From assembly GCA_965197745.1 (NCBI GenBank), contig CBDANS010000007.1, forward strand, positions 512,001-576,000: DNA of 64,000 nucleotides, read 5' to 3'. The stretch is from Opitutales bacterium. GTDB taxonomy: Bacteria > Verrucomicrobiota > Verrucomicrobiia > Opitutales > PNEW01. The notes beneath the pieces are model-generated. The model made no database searches. It had not been told where the DNA came from and saw only the letters and a program-made list of their open reading frames with translations. Positions 1 to 9,276 of the stretch are shown in pieces. A program made the position numbers and the translations under genes. Position 1 is the first letter of the stretch. Each line of letters begins with the position of its first letter.

Positions 1-258
1 ATTACCCCTCCCTTTGAGGTGATGGTTTACGGAATGAAGATAAGAACAGACATGCTTTAGTATATATGAATTATTGGTAAGTCAAAATTTAATAATTATT
101 TTTAATGTAATAATAGACTTTTTATATAAGATACAGGATTTTTAAATATGCACCGTTTAAAATGCGTCCCTAGCTGTTTAGATTTCGCACCTGCGAATAT
201 CGAATTCTTTCCAACACGCTCTACCTCTTAACATGCGCATGTTTTGCCAGGCAGTTTT

Positions 259-1860
259 TCAATTGTTTTCGGATAGGGCCACGGGGATAACTACACTGCC
301 ATCGGCAAGCACAACCCGGCAGGAAAATGTCCATGCTCCCCAGGTCAAGCCCGGTTCAGGATTATCCAAATTGACAAACAACCTATTTTTACCTTTCTTA
401 AGTTTCACCTCGACAACCCTGTATTTGTAAGGTTGATGAATGCCAAGGCTCTGCACCTTGTTGTCGTTGAGTCGGATTTTCATCTCGTCATCCCAGCTCA
501 AGTGCAGCATTGCTTTAGTATCTTTTTTCACCTCCAAGGTGGTAACTGCTGAGGCATTGGCTGGCCAGGTGACATTGGAAATTCTACTCTGCACATTAAA
601 CACGTGTGAAAAATCGACAAAACCATGTGTGGCCATGTGTTGTAATCCCGGTCTGATCGCATTCGCTTTTTCTTCCATGATTTTATCTCCCTGATACAAG
701 GACCACGTGCCGTCATCGGGCGAAGCAAGGAAAGTGTCTGGCCCCTCGGCCCCGACCTGCTTTAATAGATCGTATTTACCCCGCTTTATTTCCCGTTCCT
801 CGCGCCAGGGTGGATTACCGTACTGGAGGTCTTGGGGTGAAACCATCTTGACGAAAGGTCGGTGGGGTTCGGTCTGATACCAGTAAGCGGTCATGCACAT
901 GTCGTTCGAGTGACTGCCCCACCGAAAATGCAATGATTTTTCGAAAGGCAGCAGATCGTGGACGTAAAACTTGTAAGCGCTGAGTTCGTGCCTGGCCAGG
1001 GCGCGCCCCACATCTTTATACTCGAGGTAGGGAATGCCACTGTAAAGGTGAGTGTTCGGTATATGATTTACACCGCCAAAACCTGTGTCGAAAGTGTTTT
1101 CTCCTCCTGCTGCGCGAAGATAGTGGGGGACGATGCCGTCTTCACCGGTTGCTTCACCGTCGATATAGAAATTCTCTGAGCCGGCATGCGACCAGCGTTG
1201 CTCATCGGAGCGCAAACGAACACCGAGAGAAAACCCTATGAGATAACCGCGACCCACAGCATCCATGACAAAAAAATCATCAGCCCAGGCTGGTGCCGGG
1301 TTCTCGCGACGCCAGGAAGCGTGAAATCGTAATTTCTCATCAAACTCGTCGGTCAAATATTTATGCCAATCCAAGGTGTATATAAACTTGGCGCTTTTAA
1401 TGGCCTCCACTTCCAGACGGGCGGATCGGGCAAAGGGCATGGGAAAGTAGCAGGCGAGGGCACCCATGTCACTCACCGAAAGATAGTAGCTGTTAATATT
1501 GTAGTGGCTGACGTTATAATGAACACCAAACAAATCGGGAAGGGGAGCTTCCACGCTCGGTGATTCTTCGCCATCCCAAAAAATGCGCAGGATGAAATTA
1601 CGACTGCCTTCCACCACGCGAAATTGGGCTCTTCGATCGTTACTGGTCATATAGATATGCCGAATGCAGCCCGGACCTTCAAGCTCGGCGATTATCCGCC
1701 GCTCACCCGCATCCATTGGAAATTTATCAAGCACCCGTTCATATCGGTATTTCTCCGGCAGGTTCAGCTTGTCTTCGATCGTCGCGGCCGAACATTCACC
1801 CACTAACCGGAACAATGCTATAAAAGAGAGAATGATAGTTGCGAGGAGAATATTGTTCAT
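259..1860 (-). CDS. Secreted DUF2961 / GH172-like glycoside hydrolase homologue with C-terminal beta-sandwich domain
   Basis: N-terminal signal peptide; DUF2961-type segments GPGCIRHIYMT, LRIFWDGEESPSVEAPL, YFPMPF, RFHASWRRE, AYWYQTEPH. Confidence 0.8.
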   Translation of the reverse strand: MNNILLATIILSFIALFRLVGECSAATIEDKLNLPEKYRYERVLDKFPMDAGERRIIAELEGPGCIRHIYMTSNDRRAQFRVVEGSRNFILRIFWDGEESPSVEAPLPDLFGVHYNVSHYNINSYYLSVSDMGALACYFPMPFARSARLEVEAIKSAKFIYTLDWHKYLTDEFDEKLRFHASWRRENPAPAWADDFFVMDAVGRGYLIGFSLGVRLRSDEQRWSHAGSENFYIDGEATGEDGIVPHYLRAAGGENTFDTGFGGVNHIPNTHLYSGIPYLEYKDVGRALARHELSAYKFYVHDLLPFEKSLHFRWGSHSNDMCMTAYWYQTEPHRPFVKMVSPQDLQYGNPPWREEREIKRGKYDLLKQVGAEGPDTFLASPDDGTWSLYQGDKIMEEKANAIRPGLQHMATHGFVDFSHVFNVQSRISNVTWPANASAVTTLEVKKDTKAMLHLSWDDEMKIRLNDNKVQSLGIHQPYKYRVVEVKLKKGKNRLFVNLDNPEPGLTWGAWTFSCRVVLADGSVVIPVALSENN

Positions 1861-1898
1861 ATTCTTAGAGTCGAAAGTCGAAGGTCTAAAGTCAAAGG
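1861..1898 (-). promoter_or_regulatory. Heptamer-repeat tract forming a putative leaderless promoter
   Basis: Minus strand reads TTGACT-17 nt-GACTCT-6 nt-ATG, built from TTTGAC/TTAGAC/TTCGAC units; no Shine-Dalgarno. Confidence 0.5.
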
Positions 1899-1927
1899 TA
1901 TATGCTCTAACACAGCCACTACATTCC

Positions 1928-1955
1928 CACTGTTCACTGTTTACTGTTCACTGAT
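1928..1955. repeat. Heptamer tandem repeat (CACTGTT) x4, degenerate, overlapping the symporter stop codon
   Basis: CACTGTT CACTGTT TACTGTT CACTGAT. Confidence 0.8.
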
Positions 1956-3493
1956 TCTCCCCGGCGGGAGTTTAGGATATCCCAAAAAGTTAGATCCTTT
2001 GAATTTGGTTTAAGGCCGCCGCAAAGGGCGCTCGCCAGTAATCCAATGAAGACTAAAACAAGATGGTTGAAGACGCCAATGATGTAGGGATTAAGCGTAT
2101 AATTAAAATGTCCCAGATTGAGTAAGGGTTTATTCGATCCTGGCAGATTAACCCCGGTTACGGTTGCCCAGCCGGTAAAAAGAAAACAAAAAATAATACC
2201 GATATAGGCACCCCGTGAGGTTGTCCAGCGAAAGAGAAAGCCAAGCGCAAAGAGACCGAGGATTCCCCCGGTTACGATAGAGGCAACGGTAATCGATAAT
2301 TCAAGAACGGATCGAATGCCGATCCATTGCTGGGCGATAAAGATTGAGGATGCTCCCAGCACCGCGACAACGATCTTTCCCACGATTAATTGATGTCTGT
2401 CATTGGCGCTTGGCATTATACGCACATAGAAGTCTTTGACCATTACGGTTGCGAGGGAGTTTAATTCTGAATCCAGAGAAGACATAGCGGCTCCTATCAG
2501 TGCCGCCAGTAAAATTCCGATTACGGCCGCGGGTAATTGGGTTTTTATAAAATAGGGCATGATAAAGTCCTTCGATTCGAGCACTTCTGCCGGCAGTTGC
2601 TCGACCGATAATTCATAAAACGCCCACAACAGAGCCCCGACGATTGAAAAAAGAATCCAGACCGGAACACAGGCTGAAGCTCCGATATAAGCGCCTTGTG
2701 CCGCTTCCCTGTCTGAGCGGGCGAGGAGAAAGCGTTGTACATTACTTTGATCACAGGCCAAGTACTGAAGCGTGAAAAAAGTTCCTCCAATAACGTAGAA
2801 CCATTGATTATGTTCATACCAATCGAAGTTCCAGTTACCCATCGCAAATTTTCCACCCTCCCACGCCTTGGAGATGACCACACCTGCTCCTTCACTCGGG
2901 GTAAAGAGTAAAACAAATAAACAAATCAGGCCGCCGATAACGAGTAGGGTTCCCTGGATTACATCGGTCCACACGACTGCTTCAATCCCGCCGATCATCG
3001 TGTAAATTACAGTCACAGCGCCCAGGATCAGGATTACCCACCACACATCCCAGCCACTCAAGTATCCGACAGCGATTGCTAAAAAATAAAAGGTGACACT
3101 GACATCGATAACATGACTGACGATAAATGCTGCCGCACCGTAAGCGCGCGCGGGGTAGCCAAAACGTTTTTGTAAATAATCGTAGGCAGTCATACGCACC
3201 GTTCGGCGATAAAAAGCTACGAGGTAATAAGAAATGAAAATCATGACGAGCGGCCAGACAAATTGCCGGGGCAATGACCACATATTAGTTTTATAAACTT
3301 CACCGGGGAGCCCGATGAAGGTAGCACTGCTGATGACCGTACCCATGATTGAAAAACCGACAACCCATCCCGGTAAATTGCGCCCGGCGAGGAAATAATC
3401 CTCTGTCGATTTCTGCCGGCGCGAAAAATATAATCCCAGCGTCCCCAGGATGCAGAGATATATGACAATAACCGTTATTTCGATAATACCCAA
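1934..3493 (-). CDS. Sodium:solute symporter (SLC5/SSS family, sugar or sialic-acid transporter-like)
   Basis: DYFLAGR, GGIEAVVWTD, DQSNVQRFL and AAMSSLDSELNS motifs; many hydrophobic helices; TTG start. Confidence 0.92.
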   Translation of the reverse strand: MGIIEITVIVIYLCILGTLGLYFSRRQKSTEDYFLAGRNLPGWVVGFSIMGTVISSATFIGLPGEVYKTNMWSLPRQFVWPLVMIFISYYLVAFYRRTVRMTAYDYLQKRFGYPARAYGAAAFIVSHVIDVSVTFYFLAIAVGYLSGWDVWWVILILGAVTVIYTMIGGIEAVVWTDVIQGTLLVIGGLICLFVLLFTPSEGAGVVISKAWEGGKFAMGNWNFDWYEHNQWFYVIGGTFFTLQYLACDQSNVQRFLLARSDREAAQGAYIGASACVPVWILFSIVGALLWAFYELSVEQLPAEVLESKDFIMPYFIKTQLPAAVIGILLAALIGAAMSSLDSELNSLATVMVKDFYVRIMPSANDRHQLIVGKIVVAVLGASSIFIAQQWIGIRSVLELSITVASIVTGGILGLFALGFLFRWTTSRGAYIGIIFCFLFTGWATVTGVNLPGSNKPLLNLGHFNYTLNPYIIGVFNHLVLVFIGLLASALCGGLKPNSKDLTFWDILNSRRGESVNSKQ

Positions 3494-3502
3494 GGGGTAT
3501 TA

Positions 3503-3534
3503 GTCAAAAGGTCAAAACGTCAAAAGGTCAAATG
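3503..3534. repeat. Octamer tandem repeat (GTCAAAAG) x4 just upstream of the symporter start
   Basis: GTCAAAAG GTCAAAAC GTCAAAAG GTCAAATG; four TTGAC on the coding strand. Confidence 0.85.
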
Positions 3535-3726
3535 CGTTAAAGTGTTAAAGCGAAAAAGCGTATAAGCGGTGATGCGAATAAGGGGAAATGGGGAAATTGG
3601 CAGAATGATAATGTAACCTGTATCAAGTCATATTTCTCATTTTCGCATTATCGCGAATGCGCATATCCTTTGACATTCGATTCGATGTTCGACATTTATT
3701 ATTACTGAATTTTATAAGCGACACCG

Positions 3727-4605
3727 GTGGTAAGAGCAGAGCAAACGGATCCTTCAATCACATTCACGCCACTGACTCCGGTAGTGGGAGCGGAATGTTG
3801 TGGTATCGATCTTTCGCAACCGGTGGGGAATGAGACTATTGCTGAAATTTACGCGGCACTGGCTGAGAACGGCGTGCTGCTCTTTCGCGACCAGGATATT
3901 ACACCTGAACAGCATATAGATTTCAGCCGCAAGTTCGGTCAGCTTGATATCCATGTCCTCGACCAGTTTCTTCTGCCAGGCCATCCGGAGATCTATATAA
4001 TCTCCAACGTGGTGGAAAATGGTAAGCACATCGGCGCGCATGGGGGAGCGAAGCATTTTCATTCCGATCTCTCCTATAATCCTGAACCCAGCCTGGGATC
4101 ACTGTTCCTCTGCCGTGAATGTCCACCCGAGGGTGGGCAAACCGAATTTGCCGGAATGTTTGCCGCTTATGATGCGCTGCCCGAAGAGCGAAAACAATGG
4201 TTGTTGCGGCAGCGCGGCGTTCACGACTACGTGTATCATTACGAGACTTTTCTCACCCATCGCAAGCCGTTGACCCGGGAACAGAAAGCTAAGCTTTCGC
4301 CCTCGGCTCACCCCGCAGTTCGCACCCATCCGGTAAGCGGCCGCAATGGGATCTATCTCTCTGAAGCCCTGACTTCACACCTGGAGGGAGTGGATGAAGA
4401 AGAGAGCCGCAGACTGATCAAGGAAATTAGCGATTTTGCCACGCAACCGCAGTTCGTCTATCGTCACGAATGGCGCGTCGGTGATCTGGTTTTCTGGGAC
4501 AACCGAGCGGTGATGCATCGTGTCCTGCCGTTTGACGAGGACCAGTCCCGACGAGTGATGCATCGAACCACAGTCCATGGAGACAAACCTTTTCTGAAGG
4601 TATAG
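3727..4605 (+). CDS. TauD/TfdA-family Fe(II)/2-oxoglutarate dioxygenase
   Basis: HSD...H facial triad (FHSDLSY, WDNRAVMHR), HPAVRTHP, MHRTTV. Confidence 0.92.
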   Translation: MVRAEQTDPSITFTPLTPVVGAECCGIDLSQPVGNETIAEIYAALAENGVLLFRDQDITPEQHIDFSRKFGQLDIHVLDQFLLPGHPEIYIISNVVENGKHIGAHGGAKHFHSDLSYNPEPSLGSLFLCRECPPEGGQTEFAGMFAAYDALPEERKQWLLRQRGVHDYVYHYETFLTHRKPLTREQKAKLSPSAHPAVRTHPVSGRNGIYLSEALTSHLEGVDEEESRRLIKEISDFATQPQFVYRHEWRVGDLVFWDNRAVMHRVLPFDEDQSRRVMHRTTVHGDKPFLKV

Positions 4606-4704
4606 ATGTTAGCGTGGATAGGTTTTAAGCGAAGAAATTATTCTTGACTCTTACACAGAAACATAAAACCTAACACTTAACACGCGCGTCAGCGCATATT
4701 CCGT

Positions 4705-4733
4705 TTGACATTAGACTATCGACTCTATAATCT
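4705..4733 (+). promoter_or_regulatory. Heptamer-repeat promoter-like tract, one unit shorter than the copy at 6763
   Basis: TTGACATTAGACTATCGACTCTATAATCT immediately before GTG 4734. Confidence 0.45.
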
Positions 4734-6323
4734 GTGAGAGACCTGAGGCAAGACAGCACACAACTCTACGTTGCGGATCAGGTTCAGTCTTTTGTCGATA
4801 ATTTAATCCTGGAATCGGTGACCGATGTGACGCGGCGCTGGTATACACCTGAGCGGGTCAGTGACGGTCCGGTTCTGGCGAAAACTGAATCCTGGGAAGG
4901 TTTACCTTATTTCGGGAGCAACACCACGGTGATCCGCGATCCAGACGACGGTCTATTTAAATGCTGGTACGAGATTATGGTTGGTGAACCCGATAAAAGC
5001 AAAATGGCTCTCGGTATGGAATCCTACGTTTGTTACGCCACGAGTGAAGATGGTATTCACTGGGAAAAGCCAGAGTTCGATGTCACCATTTTAGAGGATA
5101 GTAAAACAAATATTATTCTGGGCAGCCATGAGTCCGGAGGCGCGCATGCCATGACTGTAATCAGGGACCCTTATCCAAAATCCGAAGCGGAACGTTTCAA
5201 AGGAATGGTAACGCTTATGTGGGATCAGAACAAAAATCGCCGGATCGTCAGCGCGCACTCACCGGATGGAATCAGCTGGCAGATTAGCGACGAGGTTCTT
5301 CGTATCGGCATGGCTGGACCAAGGTTGTGTGACGTCCACATCGTAGGCTATGACGAGGACGCCCGTGAATATGTATGCTACACGCGTCATTTCCTCATGA
5401 CAGCCGGAGCTACGCGTACACGCTTTGTCCGCGATCAGACATTCGCCCGACCATTAGAACCAGACAACTTCGCCACTTATTGCCAGCGGCGCGTGTGGGT
5501 TATGCGCAGCTCTGATTTCATTCATTGGAGCGAACCGGTTCTGGTGGCGGCGGTCGATGAGAACGAAGATAATTTAGATGAATCCTTTTATTACATGGTA
5601 CCCTATAAGGTAGGTACGTTGCATCTAGCGCCTGTGGGTGTGTTCAAATCGGTTGATAACGAGATGGAGGTACAGCTTCTGCACAGTCGAGACGGTCTCC
5701 GCTGGCAGCGTGCAATGAAGCGGCAGCCTTTCGTGGCTCATCGCGGTGAAGGATTCTGGGACGCGCACATGGTATTCATCACGACCCCGCCGATCGAAGT
5801 GGACAATAAACTTTATTTCTATTTCAGCGGGACCAACTTTCATCATGACTGGTGGCTGGTTGGATTGCGAGAGGGGATTGACCATCCGGAGGCAAAAGAT
5901 CCATTAGGTTGTGGGAACGCGTTCGCGATGGGCCTGGCAACCATGAGAAAAGACGGATACGCTTCGCTTTACGCCAACCGGTTTCGCCAGGGTATTGTTA
6001 TTACACGGAATTTAATTAGCCTGGGAACTCAGCTTGTTATCAATGCCCGTTGCGTCCCCGGGGGGTTAATCAGGGTCGAGGTCCAGAACCGCTTTGATAA
6101 GGTTCTTGGAGAATGTAGCATCGATAACAGCGACGCTTTCAGTGGTGACAGCGTCGAACACACGATGACATGGAAGGGCGATCCGACAATCCCCGCCGGT
6201 CGCGGCCAGGAACTCTACTGGCGCAAGCTCAGATTCCATTTGCGAGACGCCGAATTGTTTTCATTCCGTTTTACCCATGAGACCGAAGAAAGCGATCCCT
6301 ACAAAACAGAGAAGGAGTGGTAA
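4734..6323 (+). CDS. Five-bladed beta-propeller glycosidase-like protein (GH32/43/130-like fold), paralogue 1
   Basis: Repeated blade motifs ATSEDGIHWEKP, HSPDGISW, SSDFIHWSEP, SRDGLRW; LATMRKDGYASL followed by a beta-sandwich tail; no signal peptide. Confidence 0.7.
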   Translation: MRDLRQDSTQLYVADQVQSFVDNLILESVTDVTRRWYTPERVSDGPVLAKTESWEGLPYFGSNTTVIRDPDDGLFKCWYEIMVGEPDKSKMALGMESYVCYATSEDGIHWEKPEFDVTILEDSKTNIILGSHESGGAHAMTVIRDPYPKSEAERFKGMVTLMWDQNKNRRIVSAHSPDGISWQISDEVLRIGMAGPRLCDVHIVGYDEDAREYVCYTRHFLMTAGATRTRFVRDQTFARPLEPDNFATYCQRRVWVMRSSDFIHWSEPVLVAAVDENEDNLDESFYYMVPYKVGTLHLAPVGVFKSVDNEMEVQLLHSRDGLRWQRAMKRQPFVAHRGEGFWDAHMVFITTPPIEVDNKLYFYFSGTNFHHDWWLVGLREGIDHPEAKDPLGCGNAFAMGLATMRKDGYASLYANRFRQGIVITRNLISLGTQLVINARCVPGGLIRVEVQNRFDKVLGECSIDNSDAFSGDSVEHTMTWKGDPTIPAGRGQELYWRKLRFHLRDAELFSFRFTHETEESDPYKTEKEW

Positions 6324-6470
6324 TGCGTGAAGGCGATGATGTGAAAATGGGTAGAAGCGGGAAATTGCGCGAATAGGGGTGAACGCGAGCTTGCGTGAAA
6401 GCGGATAAGAGGACATGTGTGAATGCGGAATATGAAAAGAAATTCCTGCATTATTCATCCTTATTCCTCT

Positions 6471-6607
6471 ATTGTCATTGCGAATGAAGCGTAGCTGACT
6501 GCAGCTACTGAGGGCGAAGCCCGACGTCTTCAAATCCAGAGATGGACTATATTCGACCTGTATTCACCTGGATCGCCACAGCTGCTAAACAGCCTTGCGA
6601 TGACAAT
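6471..6607. repeat. REP-like palindromic element (GTCATTGCGA type)
   Basis: Terminal inverted repeats ATTGTCATTGCGA / TTGCGATGACAAT; internal ATCCAG...CTGGAT stem. Confidence 0.6.
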
Positions 6608-6762
6608 GGGAATTAATTCATTTGTTATTACAAACGCGCTAGGGACACGATTCGACTAAGCTCGTCGCAGGACGCGTTCCACCATTCTTATTCAATAATA
6701 GCTATATTTATCCGCTTTACCCCTTATACGCGTTTTCGCATGCACGCTTTTTACATTTTCCT

Positions 6763-6798
6763 TTGACATTAGACTTTCTACCTTCGACTCTATAATCT
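6763..6798 (+). promoter_or_regulatory. Heptamer-repeat tract forming a putative leaderless promoter
   Basis: TTGACA(6763)-17 nt-GACTCT(6786)-7 nt-GTG(6799); near-identical to the tract at 1861-1898. Confidence 0.5.
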
Positions 6799-8388
6799 GT
6801 GAGAGACCTGAGGCAAGATAGCACACAACTCTACATTGCGGATCAGGTACAGACTTTCGTCGATAACTTAATCCTGGAATCGGTAACCGACATAACGCGG
6901 CGCTGGCATACGCCCGAGCGAGTCGGCGACGGTCCAGTTCTCACAAAGACAGAGCCTTGGGAAGGTTTACCCTATTTTGTGTGTCAAACCACAATCATCC
7001 GCGATCCGGATGACGGCTTATTCAAATGTTGGTATGAAATCATGGTGGGCGAGCCCGATAAGAGCAAGATGGCTCTGGGTATGGATTCCTACTCGTGTGT
7101 GGCAACGAGTGAGGATGGTCTTCACTGGGAAAAACCAGCGCTTGATTCCACAATTGTGGATGGACGCAAGACGAATATTATTCTGGGCAACCCCGAAACC
7201 GGAGGCGCGCACTCGATGACCGTGATCAGGGACCCTTATCCAAAGTCCGAGGCGGAGCGCTTCAAGGGGATGCTTACGCTTATGTGGGACCATAACAAGA
7301 ATCGCAAGATTGTCACCGCCTACTCGCCGGACGGTATCAACTGGAAGATAAACGACGATGTTCTTCGCATTGGTCTGGCCGGACCGAGACTGTGCGACGG
7401 CCACAACCTCGCCTATGACGAGGATGCTCGTGAGTATGTTTGCTACACCCGGCATTTCCTCATGACTGCCGGTGCGACACGCGTACGCTTTGTCCGCGAT
7501 CAAACCTTTGGCCGACCCTTAGAGCCGGACAACTTCGCCACCTATTGCCAGCGGCGCGTCTGGGTGATGCGCAGCTCCGATTTCATTCATTGGAGCGAAC
7601 CGGTTCTCATCGCCGCGGCCGATGAGAGCGAAGATAATCTGGACGAATCTTTTTATTACATGGTACCTTATAAACTGGGCGCGTTGCATCTTGGGCCGGT
7701 AGGGGTGTTCAAGTCAGTGGACAATGAGATTGAAGTACAGCTTCTACATAGCCGCGACGGACTCCGCTGGCAGCACGCCATGAAACGGCAACCATTTCTC
7801 GCTCATCGCGGTGAAGGATTCTGGGATGCGCACCTGGTATATATAAATAACCCGCCGATCGAAGTGGACGATAAACTTTATTTCTACTACAGCGGGACCA
7901 ACTTTCATCACGACTGGTGGATGGTAGGATTGCGGGAAGGGATCGACCATCCGGAGGCAGTTGATCCTTTAGGCTGTGGGAATGCGTTTGGCGTGGGATT
8001 GGCTACCTTGAGAAAAGACGGATACGCCTCACTATATGCCAATCAATACCGCCAGGGTATTATCGTGACCAGGAGCCTGATCAGCCTGGGGACCCAGCTT
8101 GTTATCAATGCCCGCTGCGCGAAGGGAGGTTCAATCCGGGTCGAGGTCCAAAACCGTTTTGATCAGGTCCTGGGAGAATGCAGCATCGATAACAGCGACG
8201 CATTCTCCGGCGACAGCGTCGAACACACCATGACCTGGAAGGGCGATCCGACGATCCCCGCCGGTCGTGGCCAGGAACTCTACTGGCGGAAGCTCAGATT
8301 TCATCTACGTGACGCTGAACTCTTTTCATTCCGTTTCACCCACGAGACCGAAGATATTTCACCCTATAAGACGGAGAAAGAGTGGTAA
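6799..8388 (+). CDS. Five-bladed beta-propeller glycosidase-like protein, paralogue 2
   Basis: Same length (529 aa) as 4734..6323, colinear and highly similar; same blade motifs. Confidence 0.7.
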   Translation: MRDLRQDSTQLYIADQVQTFVDNLILESVTDITRRWHTPERVGDGPVLTKTEPWEGLPYFVCQTTIIRDPDDGLFKCWYEIMVGEPDKSKMALGMDSYSCVATSEDGLHWEKPALDSTIVDGRKTNIILGNPETGGAHSMTVIRDPYPKSEAERFKGMLTLMWDHNKNRKIVTAYSPDGINWKINDDVLRIGLAGPRLCDGHNLAYDEDAREYVCYTRHFLMTAGATRVRFVRDQTFGRPLEPDNFATYCQRRVWVMRSSDFIHWSEPVLIAAADESEDNLDESFYYMVPYKLGALHLGPVGVFKSVDNEIEVQLLHSRDGLRWQHAMKRQPFLAHRGEGFWDAHLVYINNPPIEVDDKLYFYYSGTNFHHDWWMVGLREGIDHPEAVDPLGCGNAFGVGLATLRKDGYASLYANQYRQGIIVTRSLISLGTQLVINARCAKGGSIRVEVQNRFDQVLGECSIDNSDAFSGDSVEHTMTWKGDPTIPAGRGQELYWRKLRFHLRDAELFSFRFTHETEDISPYKTEKEW

Positions 8389-8391
8389 AGC

Positions 8392-8419
8392 CATTGCTGA
8401 TTTTCGATTGCCGATTTTC
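8392..8419. repeat. Degenerate heptamer repeat after the stop codon
   Basis: CATTGCT GATTTTC GATTGCC GATTTTC. Confidence 0.6.
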
Positions 8420-8436
8420 GTTTGGAAGAAAAATAA

Positions 8437-8886
8437 TTAATATTTTCTTCTCACGAATGGGGCAACCGTTTCCTGGGCCAGTAATTTCTCAATAACATTT
8501 TTGCTGTAATAAGTATTCCCGGAAATTACAGTCTCAATAGCTGTTTTAATATCATCAACCGAACCAGGTTTTTCAAGAATACCATCAGCATTTCCATCAT
8601 AAGCATGCCTCACCGTGCCTATGTCTAGAATTCCTGAATACATTATGACCTTAATATGTGGATCCCTCTTTTTAAGGATATGTAATATTTCTATACCGTT
8701 CACATCGGGCAATCGAATATCAACAATCGCAAGGTCAGGTTTTAACAATATACATTCTTTTAGCCCCAGCTGACCATTAATGTTAGAGCCAACAACCTGA
8801 TAGCCATCAAAAGTGGTGTTGATGATAGCGGTAAGAGATTCGCATACTACCTCATCGTCATCAATTATATATATATTCTTACTCAT
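8437..8886 (-). CDS. Stand-alone response regulator receiver (NarL-like REC, no HTH)
   Basis: IIDDD, VDIRLPDVNG (phosphoacceptor Asp), MYS, ILEKP. Confidence 0.85.
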   Translation of the reverse strand: MSKNIYIIDDDEVVCESLTAIINTTFDGYQVVGSNINGQLGLKECILLKPDLAIVDIRLPDVNGIEILHILKKRDPHIKVIMYSGILDIGTVRHAYDGNADGILEKPGSVDDIKTAIETVISGNTYYSKNVIEKLLAQETVAPFVRRKY

Positions 8887-9276
8887 TTTAAGTAATTAAA
8901 CACAGCAATTCTATTTCACAGTCAGTTCCCAATCTCTTGTAATCTCAAATCTCAGCTTAGATATAATATCTAAAAATATTATCCAGTTGCTTTTTCTCTG
9001 GCCGCAGAAGGTGATATATCTGTTTAAGACGGTAATGCCCATTCTTTGCTTTAAAAGAATAGAGCCTTAAAATAGTGGTGAACTATGACGAAGTAGCAAA
9101 ACTAAAATGCACTCCTATTGGTATATTAAGCCACTGTTTCAATTTCTTTACGCATTTTTTTAAATCCGATTCAAAAAAGCAGGAATTTTACACGGCTTCA
9201 CTGACTGCAGGTTTATTCACTCTTTTCACTGACGGTTCATAGTAGAATCAACTTTAAAAATGATTCACCGGCCGGA

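Noticed and set aside
1..258. Possible gene or RNA at the window start
   Set aside because: AT-rich, with no recognisable ORF or structure in the visible part
3727..4605. Calling the dioxygenase tauD or csiD specifically
   Set aside because: No tauABC nearby, it is about 15 kb from lhgO, and substrate cannot be read from family motifs
4726..4731. TATAAT as the -10 of the paralogue genes (also 6791-6796)
   Set aside because: It lies only 2 nt before the GTG, so transcription would start inside the conserved ORF; spacers to TTGACA are 15 and 22 nt
4734..8388. Tandem paralogues as an assembly artefact or DGR template/variable pair
   Set aside because: Differences are numerous, largely synonymous and not adenine-specific; no reverse transcriptase is present
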